Below, in pieces: positions 27,872 through 37,966 of a DNA stretch of 57,165 bases (position 1 is its first letter; the number at the start of each line of letters is the position of its first letter). Under the pieces are notes generated by a model, which saw nothing but the letters and a program-made list of their open reading frames with translations, made no database searches and was not told where the DNA came from. The position numbers were made by a program, and so were the translations under genes. Origin of the DNA: a virus (taxonomy: Duplodnaviria; Caudoviricetes); the IMG/VR virus record IMGVR_UViG_3300046006_000628, positions 1-57,165 of that record. One strand, given 5' to 3'.

Positions 27872-29707
27872 TTAATCCTTCAGTTCTTTGTAAGCAGTCC
27901 CGATCGCAGCCCCGGTTTCATCTACTACAGTGGACGGGATGTACTGCATTACCCTCTTACCAGTGTTCATGTCGAATACCACTATGGTCCCGGTATCCAT
28001 CTTCTCTACCTGCAAGTTGGCGTCTGCTGAGAGTAGACCTGCATCGACCATGCCCTGCTTGTACTGTTCGAGTTCGAGGGTATTAACCTTCTGACCGCGA
28101 TCCAGTTCAAGAGCGAAGTTCGTAATCACCTGTTGCTTGGCCATGTCAACCTCACCCTGCAGTACAATATTGTCTGCCCGGAAGCCGGCCGCTGCTTCTT
28201 CTTTCTGTATGGCGAGTTGGTTTTCGTAGTCCAACTTGCCGTACTCTGCAGCACGTGTGGCCTCGGAAGCCGCGAAGGTTTCATCGAGGATACCGCGCGC
28301 CCAGTAAGCAACACTGTTCTCGCCGTTGCCCCCATCCAACTGCATAGCCAGCATACCATCTGCGTAGATGTCATACCCACCCAATGCGTTGGGCTGGATG
28401 CCGATGTCACGGCCGAGCTCTTCGCTGAGAACCATCTGCAGGCGCTGCGGTGAGTTGAACTGAAGCTCTTGGATACCCTGAAACCCTTGCAGTTGGTAGA
28501 TGGTGTTGTCTAGCGCTTTGATCTTGGTCGTGAGTTCTGCGACAGCGGCATACTCGCCGTACTCAGAGTAGATGCCAATCTGGCGAACCAGTTCTTCCCT
28601 CTCGTTGTAGGTCTGCTGCAGTTCACGGCCGGGAAGCCCGGGTTCCATGGTGTAGCGTTCAGCGTTTAGCGGCGACATCGGCTGGCCCGGTGGGTTGGCC
28701 GCAACGCGTTCTACTGCGGAAGCGTTAACATCTACCTCTGGTGCACCGAGTGCGGGACCAAAGGAAAGTTGCGTCGGCTCGCCACCATAGACGGTCCCGG
28801 TGGGGTACGCTTCGCCGGCCGGCATGACGATAGAGCGGCCACCGGGCCCCATGATAGTTACCGTCGGAGCAACTGGTGGGCCTTGTTCTTCTCGTACCCC
28901 CGTCTGCACTGGTGCCTGTGCTTGTGCTTGTGCCTGCAGACGTGCTTGTTCTTCAACTGTGCGGCCGCCAACTACCTGAGCCGCGTTGACGACTCCGCCA
29001 ACCACTTTGCCGACTCCACTAGCCACTAAACCAGCAGCACTACTCAGAGGATCATATCCACCTTGGGCTTGCGCGGCTTTGTATGCGGCAGCGCGGTTCA
29101 TACTTACTGGTGGTGGCATAGAAACACCGACTCGGTTTTTACCCGCTATGGCTTCTTCAAGCGTATCGTAAGTACCCTGCATATCCTCGATGTTTGTGAT
29201 TACCATAGGTGCCTCGCTTACACGGAGCCCAGCGGTCGGAGCAACGTCAATCGGGGCACGTCTAACCCGGGTAGGAGACTCGAACGACAGCGGCGGACGG
29301 GGTGTCACGGGTGTTCCTGTCGCGGGTGTCTTCGCCACGGGCGGAAGTGTTGGGGTAGTACCACCAACGGCTACAACCGGACCAGAGGTCCGGCCCGGCG
29401 GTATCGTAACCCCCGGCGCTTTACCTACGGTTCCGGCAAGCGCTCTAGCCAGTGCGGCGCTACGCGCCCGAGCAGCACCAGCCGCGGCTTCCGCAGCAGC
29501 CCGCCTGCGCTTGGCTTCCTCACGGTCTTCGATCTTGAACTGCTGGTCCTGCTCGCGCATCCGCATTTCCTGCGAGACAGCTTCCATGGCTTGGCGGTTG
29601 GTACGCTGGCTGATGCCGGTGTTCACACCCTCAGCGTAAGCAGTGGACATGCCGCCACCGGGAGCGCCGATACCACCAAGGACGCGCTTACCGAATGTCT
29701 GTACCAT
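27872..29707 (-). CDS. Putative internal virion/ejection protein
   Basis: 611 aa, Ala/Gln/Pro-rich; immediately upstream of the giant protein. Confidence 0.6.
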   Translation of the reverse strand: MVQTFGKRVLGGIGAPGGGMSTAYAEGVNTGISQRTNRQAMEAVSQEMRMREQDQQFKIEDREEAKRRRAAAEAAAGAARARSAALARALAGTVGKAPGVTIPPGRTSGPVVAVGGTTPTLPPVAKTPATGTPVTPRPPLSFESPTRVRRAPIDVAPTAGLRVSEAPMVITNIEDMQGTYDTLEEAIAGKNRVGVSMPPPVSMNRAAAYKAAQAQGGYDPLSSAAGLVASGVGKVVGGVVNAAQVVGGRTVEEQARLQAQAQAQAPVQTGVREEQGPPVAPTVTIMGPGGRSIVMPAGEAYPTGTVYGGEPTQLSFGPALGAPEVDVNASAVERVAANPPGQPMSPLNAERYTMEPGLPGRELQQTYNEREELVRQIGIYSEYGEYAAVAELTTKIKALDNTIYQLQGFQGIQELQFNSPQRLQMVLSEELGRDIGIQPNALGGYDIYADGMLAMQLDGGNGENSVAYWARGILDETFAASEATRAAEYGKLDYENQLAIQKEEAAAGFRADNIVLQGEVDMAKQQVITNFALELDRGQKVNTLELEQYKQGMVDAGLLSADANLQVEKMDTGTIVVFDMNTGKRVMQYIPSTVVDETGAAIGTAYKELKD

Positions 29708-29719
29708 GGTGGCCCCCTA

Positions 29720-30661
29720 TCAAACCAGTTTGTTGCGGCTGCTCAGGCTGTCATACAGCTGACCGGCACCGCCTGCCAAGTCTCGTGCGTAGTCGCTACG
29801 CCGCTTGTACAGGTCTTCGTAAATCTTCATGTTCAGTTCCGAACCGGCGGTTGGCACTTCGGTTGGGAGTGAAGACAGGCCAGCCCGAGTAGCCTCCGCA
29901 GCACGCGCCTGCTCACCAGTGACAGCGGCAGTACCGATCCGAGCACCCTCAATGGCAGCCCGACGACGCTCAGACTCACGCATACCCGGACGTTCCGAGA
30001 TACCAGCAGTGCGCTCGATATCACGCAGTCCGCGCTGAGTGGCCATCTGGGCTTGGCCATAGGCACGTTCAGGGTTAGCTTCGCCCTGTTGGAGCAGCGA
30101 CCGTGCACCGGCCAGCTGCTCATCGAAGACGCCTCGTTCCACAGCTGAAGTCTGAGCGTTGGCCACGAGGGCTTCTTGCTCGATCGGCGTCAGGTTCTGC
30201 GGAGCCTTACCGAACATGGCCATGGCCAGCGGTGCAAGGTTGCCGATGTTAAGTCCGCTCAGGAACCCACCAGCCGCCGGAGCGGCGGCGGTAGTAAGAC
30301 CCGCAGTAGCAACAGGGGCAACAACACCCCCAGCCCCACCGGCTACAGCACCAGCACCCCCACCGGCTACAGCACCGCCCCCACCAGCCCCACCGGCCAC
30401 AGCCTTGGCTCCGCCACCAAACAGACTTCCCCCACCAGCCGTGAAGCCGCCGATACCACCAATCGCAGCGCCAATTAGGGGATTAACCCCCGCCGCACCG
30501 GCCCCAAGACCCCCGACCACAGCGCCAGTCAGGGCAGTACCGATTGCACCAGAGACGCCGATAGCGGCAGCGATGGGAGCAGCGATGAAGGGAGCAGCGA
30601 TCATGGCCACAATGCCGACGACCTTCTTGATTTTCTTCCAAATCTTGGACAGGAAACCCAT
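29720..30661 (-). CDS. Putative DNA pilot/ejection protein with Gly/Ala-rich membrane segment
   Basis: MGFLSKIWKKIKKVVGIVAMIAAPFIA; Gly-rich. Confidence 0.65.
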   Translation of the reverse strand: MGFLSKIWKKIKKVVGIVAMIAAPFIAAPIAAAIGVSGAIGTALTGAVVGGLGAGAAGVNPLIGAAIGGIGGFTAGGGSLFGGGAKAVAGGAGGGGAVAGGGAGAVAGGAGGVVAPVATAGLTTAAAPAAGGFLSGLNIGNLAPLAMAMFGKAPQNLTPIEQEALVANAQTSAVERGVFDEQLAGARSLLQQGEANPERAYGQAQMATQRGLRDIERTAGISERPGMRESERRRAAIEGARIGTAAVTGEQARAAEATRAGLSSLPTEVPTAGSELNMKIYEDLYKRRSDYARDLAGGAGQLYDSLSSRNKLV

Positions 30662-32145
30662 CACTGCTCTCCCTTGTTCTGTACGTCGCGTGCCTTAGCG
30701 ATCATTCTATCGAAGTGGTCGGTGCCGAGTCTGCGCGTCACATCGGCCGGGATGACGTACTCGCCCTCATGGGCGTTGATTGGGATGGAGCCATCTGCGT
30801 TCTTGCTCTGATCCGGAAGCGCGCCGCCCTTAGACATGGACATCATCGGTGGCTGACCCGCCGACATTGGGGGCTGACCGCCTTGCATTGGGGGCTGACC
30901 GGCCGGCATCTGAGTTTGGCCGTTACCCATCGTCTTGCCGATGATGTAAAGGATGATCAGGAAGCCTTGGTCGTACTCCTCGCTGACATCCTCAGCGTCC
31001 AGCATCCCCTGCTGGATCAGCACTTGGCGCAGTTGCGGCCACATCTCGGGGTTCTGTAGCGACACCGTTGCGACCTGCACGAAGGTGTTCAGGCTGGACG
31101 GATCAATCTCACCGGACGCCATAGACCCTTCGACCTCAGCCCTGATCTCTTCGACCTGCTGCGGGTTCTGCTGCATGAACTGCTGTGCTTGCTGGTCGAT
31201 GGCAGCGAAGTTAAGCGGACGTCCCTGCCCGCCTTGGGGGGCCAGACCCACAACAGGAGCACCGCCTTGTTGAGCAAGGTTCATAGCCATGGGTGAGGAC
31301 GCCATGGGGCGCTGAGGCATACCGCCGGGGCCGACCATTCCACCCTCAGCATAGGACTGCATAGGCAGTGCGAGCATACGAGCCAGTGCGGGCGGGAGAT
31401 CGAGCGACGTCGTCGATGGGCGCATAGGCACACCATTGGGACCAACCATGCCGCCAGCCTCATAGGTAGGTACACGCGAGCGCTCGGCGTTTGCGCGGCT
31501 CACTGCGTCGCCATCCTCAGTCGGTGCGTTCCCAGCATCTACGGCCTGCGGTGCCGCAGGAGCAGCCTCGACCATAGGAGCCGGAGCCATCAGCGGTGCA
31601 GCCCCCATACTTTGGGCTGGGTTGTTGCTCTCACGCGCTTGGCCCGGGGCACCCAGAGGAGCGTAGTAGTTCGGACCCGGAGTAGGTGGCAATCTGGATG
31701 GCACTACGTTGGCGTTACCGCCCCCGCCGGAACCCATAGGCCGGACGCCCAGCCTGTTAAACATGGGGCCGAGTCCGCCGACGAACGTAGGACCGGGCTG
31801 ACCCCTACCACCGCCGTCAACTAAGTCTCTGAGAAAGCTGGCGACGGGTCCCGGCGCACTGGCAGGCTTAGCTGCTGCTCTAGCATCGGACGCAGCCTGC
31901 CTCTCAGCTTCCTGCCGGTTCACGGTAGCCTGTAGGTGCCCCGGGATCGGAGTGCCTTCACGTCTGTACGCATCTGCCGCGTAGCGTGCGGACGCTTCGC
32001 GGTTCGCTTCGATCCTAGCTACCTGCTGCGGATCAGTTACGACACGATTGTTGACGGTGACGCTTCTGTTATTGTTGTTAGTGCCACCGCTGTTATTGTT
32101 AGTGCCGCCGACGTTTCTATCGACTTGATCTTTTGTTCTCGGCAT
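30661..32145 (-). CDS. Putative internal virion protein
   Basis: Low complexity; YxxGGMV repeats; C-terminal HEGEYVIPADV motif. Confidence 0.6.
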   Translation of the reverse strand: MPRTKDQVDRNVGGTNNNSGGTNNNNRSVTVNNRVVTDPQQVARIEANREASARYAADAYRREGTPIPGHLQATVNRQEAERQAASDARAAAKPASAPGPVASFLRDLVDGGGRGQPGPTFVGGLGPMFNRLGVRPMGSGGGGNANVVPSRLPPTPGPNYYAPLGAPGQARESNNPAQSMGAAPLMAPAPMVEAAPAAPQAVDAGNAPTEDGDAVSRANAERSRVPTYEAGGMVGPNGVPMRPSTTSLDLPPALARMLALPMQSYAEGGMVGPGGMPQRPMASSPMAMNLAQQGGAPVVGLAPQGGQGRPLNFAAIDQQAQQFMQQNPQQVEEIRAEVEGSMASGEIDPSSLNTFVQVATVSLQNPEMWPQLRQVLIQQGMLDAEDVSEEYDQGFLIILYIIGKTMGNGQTQMPAGQPPMQGGQPPMSAGQPPMMSMSKGGALPDQSKNADGSIPINAHEGEYVIPADVTRRLGTDHFDRMIAKARDVQNKGEQ

Positions 32146-32147
32146 GA

Positions 32148-32495
32148 TCAGCTCCTCAGCTGCGAAATCAAGGTATTTACCGTAGACCGAAGCTGGGCCA
32201 CATCGTTCACTAGAAGCTGCACATCACGAACCAGAGCCTGATAGTCAGCAAGCGACGGCACTTGCGCACCGCTGATTGTAAATCCGGACCCTACAGCAGA
32301 AACAGCACGAATGGAAGGTTCAGGAGCCTTAGTGATTGTAATAGTGGATTTGGTCAGGGCGCGGCTAGAAGCGTCAGCTTCACCACGTGTGCCCACGAGC
32401 AGTTCGATGTTTTGCTTCATGGCGTTCAGGATGCGGTACTCCCACTCCTCGACGCCTTGTTGTGGTAGACTTGGTATGCCGGTGAACCTAGCCAT
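32148..32495 (-). CDS. Hypothetical tail-associated protein
   Basis: AMKQNIELLVGTRG; C-terminal coiled coil; coupled to the upstream gene. Confidence 0.65.
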   Translation of the reverse strand: MARFTGIPSLPQQGVEEWEYRILNAMKQNIELLVGTRGEADASSRALTKSTITITKAPEPSIRAVSAVGSGFTISGAQVPSLADYQALVRDVQLLVNDVAQLRSTVNTLISQLRS

Positions 32496-34933
32496 CAGGA
32501 CCCCTTGAGCGATAGCGGCGTCTCGCCGAGATGGATGGAGCGCACTCGGACGTTGCCGGTTACTTCCACTTCGTAGGTGTCAGTCTTGTACCCCTGCGGC
32601 AGACGGAAGACGTCGCTACTACCGCGGGTCGTGGTGAACTGCAGCGTCTTGTTCGCGAAAAGCTTGAACGTAATCGGCTCGATAACGTCCCATGTGATGT
32701 CGGCTAGGTTCCATGCAACGTCATAGTCATCCCAAGTAGGGGAGACAGTCGTTCCTGTGTAGTCGGCCACCACACGGGCAGCGCCCATGTTGAACGGCTC
32801 TTGCGAGATGAACACCTTGGATTTCCAAGTGTAGTCTGTGTAGGGCTGACCGGGGTCATCCCAGCGCACGATGTCGCCGTTGAGTCCAGTGACGTAGTAG
32901 AGGTACCCGCTCCGCGGATCAGACCAAGTGGCCGTGAAGATCGGGGTGTGGTCCACGAAGTCGCCGATGGCCTGCGGGTCCTGACCCTTGCGGTAGAAGA
33001 ACGACCCGGCGCTATGCGATCCGAAGTACATGCTGTCGTGGAACGCCGCAGTGATCGTGGCCGGATCGAGAGCAAGGTTCCAAGTGTCCGGGCTATGGGC
33101 TGCCACAGTTGCGATCTGCACACCACCGGTGAAGGAAGCTATCGCCAGCCCCTCATGGGTCGAGTACAGCACGCCGCCGTCCGTCTGCACAATGCTGCGT
33201 TTGCTCAGGCAAGGGTAGACAGCGGAGTATCTAGTGGTGGACATGACCGCAGGATCAGAGCCAGAGATGGCGTAGGGATAACCGTCCGTCAAAACCAAGA
33301 GGTCGCTACCGAGGGAAGTCATGCCTACGATGTTGTACTCCAACGAGATTTTGTACTTGTCTGGCCATGCGTGAAACCTGTTCGGCTCAGTGAAGTAGAT
33401 GTCGTTGCCGACGAACCCGACCATTATGTTGTTCTGGATGACCGTGATCCCTTGGAGGGCCTCCGGCGGCGGGTCGTAGTCGTTCGAGCTCAGGAGGGTG
33501 AGTAGGCTGCGGTAGTTGAAGTCATCCACGAAGGTATAGGACGCATCGCCCCAGTAGCGGGCGGCATCTGCCGGGGGGTTCTCAGCGATGTCGTAGTAGA
33601 TCGTACCCGTAGCAACCGTGGTCGCCGTGGCCGTGCCAGCTTGGGTGTAGGTGATGCTGTACTGGTCGGGCACATCAGTGACGACGCCACCCGTGATGTC
33701 GAACCCGGCTACGCTGCAACCAGCCAGCTTGAAGCGGTCGTCCTTGATGAGGTTGTGCTGCTCAGAAAAGGTCAGTGTTGCTGTCGTACCTACGCGCCTA
33801 ACTGAGGCGATCGGCTGTGGGAACCACAGGGTAGAAAGCCGGAAGTAGTCCGCATCCAACTCGCCTGCAGTGCTGGCCAGTGTGCGGTAGAGCCTGATGC
33901 CACGGACGAAGTTGTCCCCGGCCGGCGGTGCCGTCGGCAGACCGGTGATGGTTACGATCTGCCCTTCCTTGATGAACAGGGCAGTGGACGGCTCCGAGCC
34001 AATCGACTCCTCGTCCCACGGTGTGTACCACGTGTAGAGATAGTTGCGGGACTGGATCAAACCACCGAGGTCAATCTTGCCGTCAGTGCTGGCCGTAGTC
34101 CCTACTTGCGATCCGGGGGAGTAGTAGGTGATCGTCGTCGGGTTGATGACCTGAACTTCTGTCGTAATGTTGAGGTCACGGATGTCCCACCGGCAGTCGC
34201 CAGTGATGGCACCAGAAACGGTATCGATTACTGTGAACGTGTTTACACCAGTTACGGTGATGGCGTAGGAGTTGGTGGTGGCCCCGCCCGAGATAAACTC
34301 GATGTAAGCCCGAGTGCCTGACACGAGCCCGTGGTTGGTGATGGTCACCGTAATGACTGTGCCAGTGCGCGAGTAGGTCCCGGTGCGATAGGCGAAGCCG
34401 GAGATCGTGGCCAGAGCCCCGTCCTTGAGGTTGTGTGCGACGCCGGTCACCAGTGTGACGTTGCCACCACTGTCGCGGGCGAAGCTCGCCGTGGTCACTG
34501 CAGTGAAGGACGTTGGTGTGGCGACGGGGATGATCGTCGGGAGTGGTAGACCAAGGTCGTAGTATCCACCAGCAACGGGGTAAGGGACGGCACCTGTGGT
34601 CGCCAGTCCGTATGTGCTAACCTTGGGCTTGCCATCACCGCTATAGTAGAACCGCTGCTCGTTGAGCTCGTCAGCAGCAGGGGTAGCGATGTCCACTTCA
34701 CCAGCCCATGTCAGCCACTTGAGTTCGTCAGTGACCGGATCGCGCAGAGCGTAAAGGGTCCGGATCGTACCGGTCCGGCTGGCGTTGGCAGCTACCACGG
34801 GGGCAGGCGTAGGAATAAGATCGCCAGAGTACAGCTTCATACCACGCGCAACTTGCGCCGCAGTGCCCGGGAGCAACTCTGCAGACACACGCGGGAGTGT
34901 GGCTTTGAACTCGGCGATCTTAGTCGTTGTCAC
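32495..34933 (-). CDS. Putative tail nozzle/stabilisation protein
   Basis: 812 aa, beta-rich; YLYTW..ES.GS, YFTEP..HAWP, YTWKSKVF; GTG start. Confidence 0.7.
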   Translation of the reverse strand: MTTTKIAEFKATLPRVSAELLPGTAAQVARGMKLYSGDLIPTPAPVVAANASRTGTIRTLYALRDPVTDELKWLTWAGEVDIATPAADELNEQRFYYSGDGKPKVSTYGLATTGAVPYPVAGGYYDLGLPLPTIIPVATPTSFTAVTTASFARDSGGNVTLVTGVAHNLKDGALATISGFAYRTGTYSRTGTVITVTITNHGLVSGTRAYIEFISGGATTNSYAITVTGVNTFTVIDTVSGAITGDCRWDIRDLNITTEVQVINPTTITYYSPGSQVGTTASTDGKIDLGGLIQSRNYLYTWYTPWDEESIGSEPSTALFIKEGQIVTITGLPTAPPAGDNFVRGIRLYRTLASTAGELDADYFRLSTLWFPQPIASVRRVGTTATLTFSEQHNLIKDDRFKLAGCSVAGFDITGGVVTDVPDQYSITYTQAGTATATTVATGTIYYDIAENPPADAARYWGDASYTFVDDFNYRSLLTLLSSNDYDPPPEALQGITVIQNNIMVGFVGNDIYFTEPNRFHAWPDKYKISLEYNIVGMTSLGSDLLVLTDGYPYAISGSDPAVMSTTRYSAVYPCLSKRSIVQTDGGVLYSTHEGLAIASFTGGVQIATVAAHSPDTWNLALDPATITAAFHDSMYFGSHSAGSFFYRKGQDPQAIGDFVDHTPIFTATWSDPRSGYLYYVTGLNGDIVRWDDPGQPYTDYTWKSKVFISQEPFNMGAARVVADYTGTTVSPTWDDYDVAWNLADITWDVIEPITFKLFANKTLQFTTTRGSSDVFRLPQGYKTDTYEVEVTGNVRVRSIHLGETPLSLKGS

Positions 34934-35031
34934 TTCTTCGACGCCTTCTTCATGCAGCTACCCATGGCGCTGCACTTCTTCGGGTTCGGACAGCCGGGGC
35001 ACGGCTTGAACTTCGGCATTGGCTTCTTCAT
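34930..35031 (-). CDS. 33-aa Lys/Cys-rich peptide (absent from the ORF track)
   Basis: MKKPMPKFKPCPGCPNPKKCSAMGSCMKKASKK; ATGA and GTGA overlaps; GGAG RBS. Confidence 0.6.
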   Translation of the reverse strand: MKKPMPKFKPCPGCPNPKKCSAMGSCMKKASKK

Positions 35032-35228
35032 CTGCAGAACTCCGCTCGCTTCTTGTTATGCGACGTCACCTTCGTCAGCAGTACAGGGTCGTTCGCTGCC
35101 AAGAAGTCTACCACGTTGTCGCTGCCGTAGTATAGCGTTTCTGTCCAGATGCACTCATCTGGTAGTGTTGCGCACCCAGAGCTTAGAGCGAGACTTGAGA
35201 GCATCAGGGCTAAGAGCTTCGACTTCAT
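35028..35228 (-). CDS. o-spanin-like lipoprotein
   Basis: MKSKLLALMLSSLALSSGC lipobox; overlaps the i-spanin 3' end. Confidence 0.7.
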   Translation of the reverse strand: MKSKLLALMLSSLALSSGCATLPDECIWTETLYYGSDNVVDFLAANDPVLLTKVTSHNKKRAEFCR

Positions 35229-35367
35229 TCTCGATCTCCTTGGCCCTGAGCACAGTGGCAAGCGTGTCTTTGGTGGTATCCACTTCTGCACGCTGCCTAC
35301 CGTTTCGCATAGCCAGCCAAATAACCGCGATGATCAGAAGTGCGGTAAGGGCCAGTAGCTCCAGCAT
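35155..35367 (-). CDS. i-spanin-like protein
   Basis: N-terminal TM followed by a helical segment; lies downstream of endolysin and holin. Confidence 0.7.
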   Translation of the reverse strand: MLELLALTALLIIAVIWLAMRNGRQRAEVDTTKDTLATVLRAKEIENEVEALSPDALKSRSKLWVRNTTR

Positions 35368-35537
35368 TACACTGCGCGCTTTGAGTAGATCGACCAGATG
35401 GCAACCGCGAGCGTGGTGACAGCACCACCAACGGTCATCATGGTTTCAGCGTCAACCAACCCCTGACCAACGAAGTAGCCGCCTGCAGCAGCGACGAGGG
35501 CGCGGACGATACCGCCAACCTGTTCAGTAGTAATCAT
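35367..35537 (-). CDS. Putative holin (56 aa, 2 TM; absent from the ORF track)
   Basis: MITTEQVGGIVRALVAAAGGYFVGQG...AVTTLAVAIWSIYSKRAV. Confidence 0.7.
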   Translation of the reverse strand: MITTEQVGGIVRALVAAAGGYFVGQGLVDAETMMTVGGAVTTLAVAIWSIYSKRAV

Positions 35538-35538
35538 G

Positions 35539-36051
35539 TCATCTTCCTTTCAGGAAAGAAACGAACCACGCCGGGATTGACGTGCTGGTCTTGAGTGTAC
35601 CCTGCCTCTTGGGCTGCCCCTGCGCCAGCCAGTTAGGTACATAGAACCCCGGGCAGGCTTTCTTTGCGTACTGGTTGTGTCCTGTAACCTTGGTTATCAT
35701 AGGGTACTTACTCTGCAGCTGTGCGACCAAGGAGCGCAGGGCCTTGTCTTGCTCGGGGGTGTAGTTCTCTTGGAACGCATCGGTGCTGGCCGAGCCATGG
35801 CCACCGAACAAAGCGATACCGACGGTGCCGGTGTTCTTACCCTGCGTGTGAGCTCCCACCTGATCCAGCGGCCGGCCGGCGATAACATAGCCATTGCGGT
35901 CGATGAGGTAGTGATACCCGATGTCCCGCCATCCGCGGTCCTCGACATGCCAGCGCTTAACTTCCGCGGTCTTCTGGGCCGTGGTGCGTGTAGCCCACCA
36001 CTCAGGGCGGGTCGCTGTGCAGTGGACGATGATCTCGTTCAGCGGACGCAT
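35539..36051 (-). CDS. Endolysin, N-acetylmuramoyl-L-alanine amidase (Amidase_2, T7-lysozyme-like)
   Basis: IIVHCTAT, DIGYHY, GAH, GHN...KACP. Confidence 0.92.
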   Translation of the reverse strand: MRPLNEIIVHCTATRPEWWATRTTAQKTAEVKRWHVEDRGWRDIGYHYLIDRNGYVIAGRPLDQVGAHTQGKNTGTVGIALFGGHGSASTDAFQENYTPEQDKALRSLVAQLQSKYPMITKVTGHNQYAKKACPGFYVPNWLAQGQPKRQGTLKTSTSIPAWFVSFLKGR

Positions 36052-36347
36052 TACTGTTCCCCGAATATCTTGACAATGAAGGCCAGACCGGCACCGAGTA
36101 CCAGCCAGAACACCTTATCGAATAGTCCGAAGACGACGGCGTTCTTGGTTGACCCACTTTCGATTTCTGCAACCCGATCGTCCATAGCGATCTGGCGAAC
36201 GTCATACGAGTCCATGCGCTTGAAAAGCGTTACCATGCGCTCCTCAATGCGGGCCATCGTAGTGACGACCTTGGTCAATTCGTCAATCTTGTCACCAAGC
36301 TTGTCCAAGTGCTTCTCCACTCGGTCGAACCGCGGGTCTTCGGCCAT
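36051..36347 (-). CDS. Coiled-coil protein with C-terminal TM (holin/antiholin-like)
   Basis: ARIEER coiled coil; VFWLVLGAGLAFIV. Confidence 0.6.
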   Translation of the reverse strand: MAEDPRFDRVEKHLDKLGDKIDELTKVVTTMARIEERMVTLFKRMDSYDVRQIAMDDRVAEIESGSTKNAVVFGLFDKVFWLVLGAGLAFIVKIFGEQ

Positions 36348-36350
36348 AAT

Positions 36351-37625
36351 TTAGATTTCCAGCGCGGTGATGCGCGCCTCGAGGGCAGTAATTTTGGCAA
36401 TAGCTTCCTGAAGTGCTGCAGTCAAAAGAGGAACGAGTTTGGCTTGATCAATGCCCTGATAGATCGGAGCGCCGTCTTCGTTCACCGCGTCTCTTTCTCC
36501 GGTCACTGCTTCGGGTACAACAGCGCTAACCTCATGGGCGATGAAGCCATCGACGGTATGTCCGCCTTGGCGCATCATCGAGCCTTCGAGGAAGTTGAAC
36601 CTCTTGGGCTGAAGCCCTGAAACCCGTGCTATTGCGTCGCCGAGCGGAGTGACATTTTCCTTGAGGCGGTGGTCAGATGATACGTTGAACGCGCTTGCCC
36701 GAATTGGGGTGAACGCGGTTCTGTCTCCACTTGTAAAGTCGATATTAGAGGTGCCTCTCGCATGTGAAATGCAGACAGCGGTAGCGCCCACGGCGTGGAA
36801 GCCTATAGTTGGGTCGCCAGTGTTGGCCATGAGCTCTAGGGAGGCGTCGGAGTAGTTGGTAGTATTATCCTTCAGGAGACGTAGCCTAGAGCCACTGGGC
36901 AGGGCGGTTCCCATCGCAGCATTCCCAGCCGCATTTATCCGCAGCCGCTCCGAGCCGGATGTCGATATTGCCACTGAGCCCGCGTCTTGTGCCGCTATCA
37001 AGAGGTCGCCAGTGCCACGGTGAGCGATTGTGGTGCCAGCGTTTGGTCCAGTATCCCCCCGGATAAATCTGGCTCCGTAACCAGTGTAGGTCGCATCACC
37101 GATCAAGTCGACCACAGCTATTCCGTTTCCCGTGCGACCGGCCCCGATTCCAAGAGCTCTGGTTTCGGTAGTTGAGCCAAGCAACTGCGCAAAACCGTTG
37201 CTAAGGCGAAGCTGCTCTATGCCGCCAGCCGAGAACCCGAGATTGTCCGCTGCAACTGAATACATCCCCGTGTTGAGGTCAGTGCTGAAGGTGTACGCAG
37301 GCGCAGCCGCACTGCCCGGCAACGCCTCATCACGAAGTTCGGCGATCGACGCGACGTTGACCCGCATGTCTACGAGCGTGCCTACTTGGAAGGTGGCCGC
37401 TGTGGAGCCGTCCTGTGCCCGCACAACCGTCATGGAGTTACCAACCCGGGCCGTGACCTTGATGATCTCGGTTGTACCAGCTTGCGAAACCAGTGTGACG
37501 TAGAAGTACTCACCCGCCGTGATGGCGGGGAACGCGCTCCCGCTGGCCACCACTATGCCGGTATCGGACGCAGTGGCTCCGGCGGCGAGGGTGCTGAACG
37601 CGTTGTTCTTCAGGATGACGGGCAT
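36351..37625 (-). CDS. Tail fibre with C-terminal intramolecular chaperone (peptidase S74-like)
   Basis: SSDHRLKEN...GFIAHEV..VPEAV...LVPLLTAALQE. Confidence 0.85.
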   Translation of the reverse strand: MPVILKNNAFSTLAAGATASDTGIVVASGSAFPAITAGEYFYVTLVSQAGTTEIIKVTARVGNSMTVVRAQDGSTAATFQVGTLVDMRVNVASIAELRDEALPGSAAAPAYTFSTDLNTGMYSVAADNLGFSAGGIEQLRLSNGFAQLLGSTTETRALGIGAGRTGNGIAVVDLIGDATYTGYGARFIRGDTGPNAGTTIAHRGTGDLLIAAQDAGSVAISTSGSERLRINAAGNAAMGTALPSGSRLRLLKDNTTNYSDASLELMANTGDPTIGFHAVGATAVCISHARGTSNIDFTSGDRTAFTPIRASAFNVSSDHRLKENVTPLGDAIARVSGLQPKRFNFLEGSMMRQGGHTVDGFIAHEVSAVVPEAVTGERDAVNEDGAPIYQGIDQAKLVPLLTAALQEAIAKITALEARITALEI

Positions 37626-37632
37626 GGTGTCC

Positions 37633-37959
37633 TCACAACAGAAGGAAGTCGATGCTATCGAGATACTCTTGCGCGCTATTGGCAAGAACCCGAAGCTCAA
37701 AACGGCTATTAGCCGCGAAAGGAATCGCCAGAGTGCCATCTTGCCCCCGTGCAATCGTCATCGTGTCGTCAGCACGAGCAGTCACCTGCACAATCTCGAA
37801 GTTGTTGCTGGTGTCCTGCAGGGTCGCCTTGAAGTACTCACCCGCCCCGAGCGTCGGGAACAGTGCACCTGTGCCGGCGGTGACCACCAGAGAAGTAGCG
37901 ACGCTTGTCAGTGCGCTAGGCACCACCGTCGTAGCGTTGTTGGTGAACTTGGGGGTCAT
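37633..37959 (-). CDS. Small fibre-base protein, paralogous to the N-terminus of the adjacent fibre
   Basis: NNA...FP...GEYF..TL...EI..VTAR...MT..R.QDG shared by both proteins. Confidence 0.75.
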   Translation of the reverse strand: MTPKFTNNATTVVPSALTSVATSLVVTAGTGALFPTLGAGEYFKATLQDTSNNFEIVQVTARADDTMTIARGQDGTLAIPFAANSRFELRVLANSAQEYLDSIDFLLL

Positions 37960-37966
37960 ATCTACC

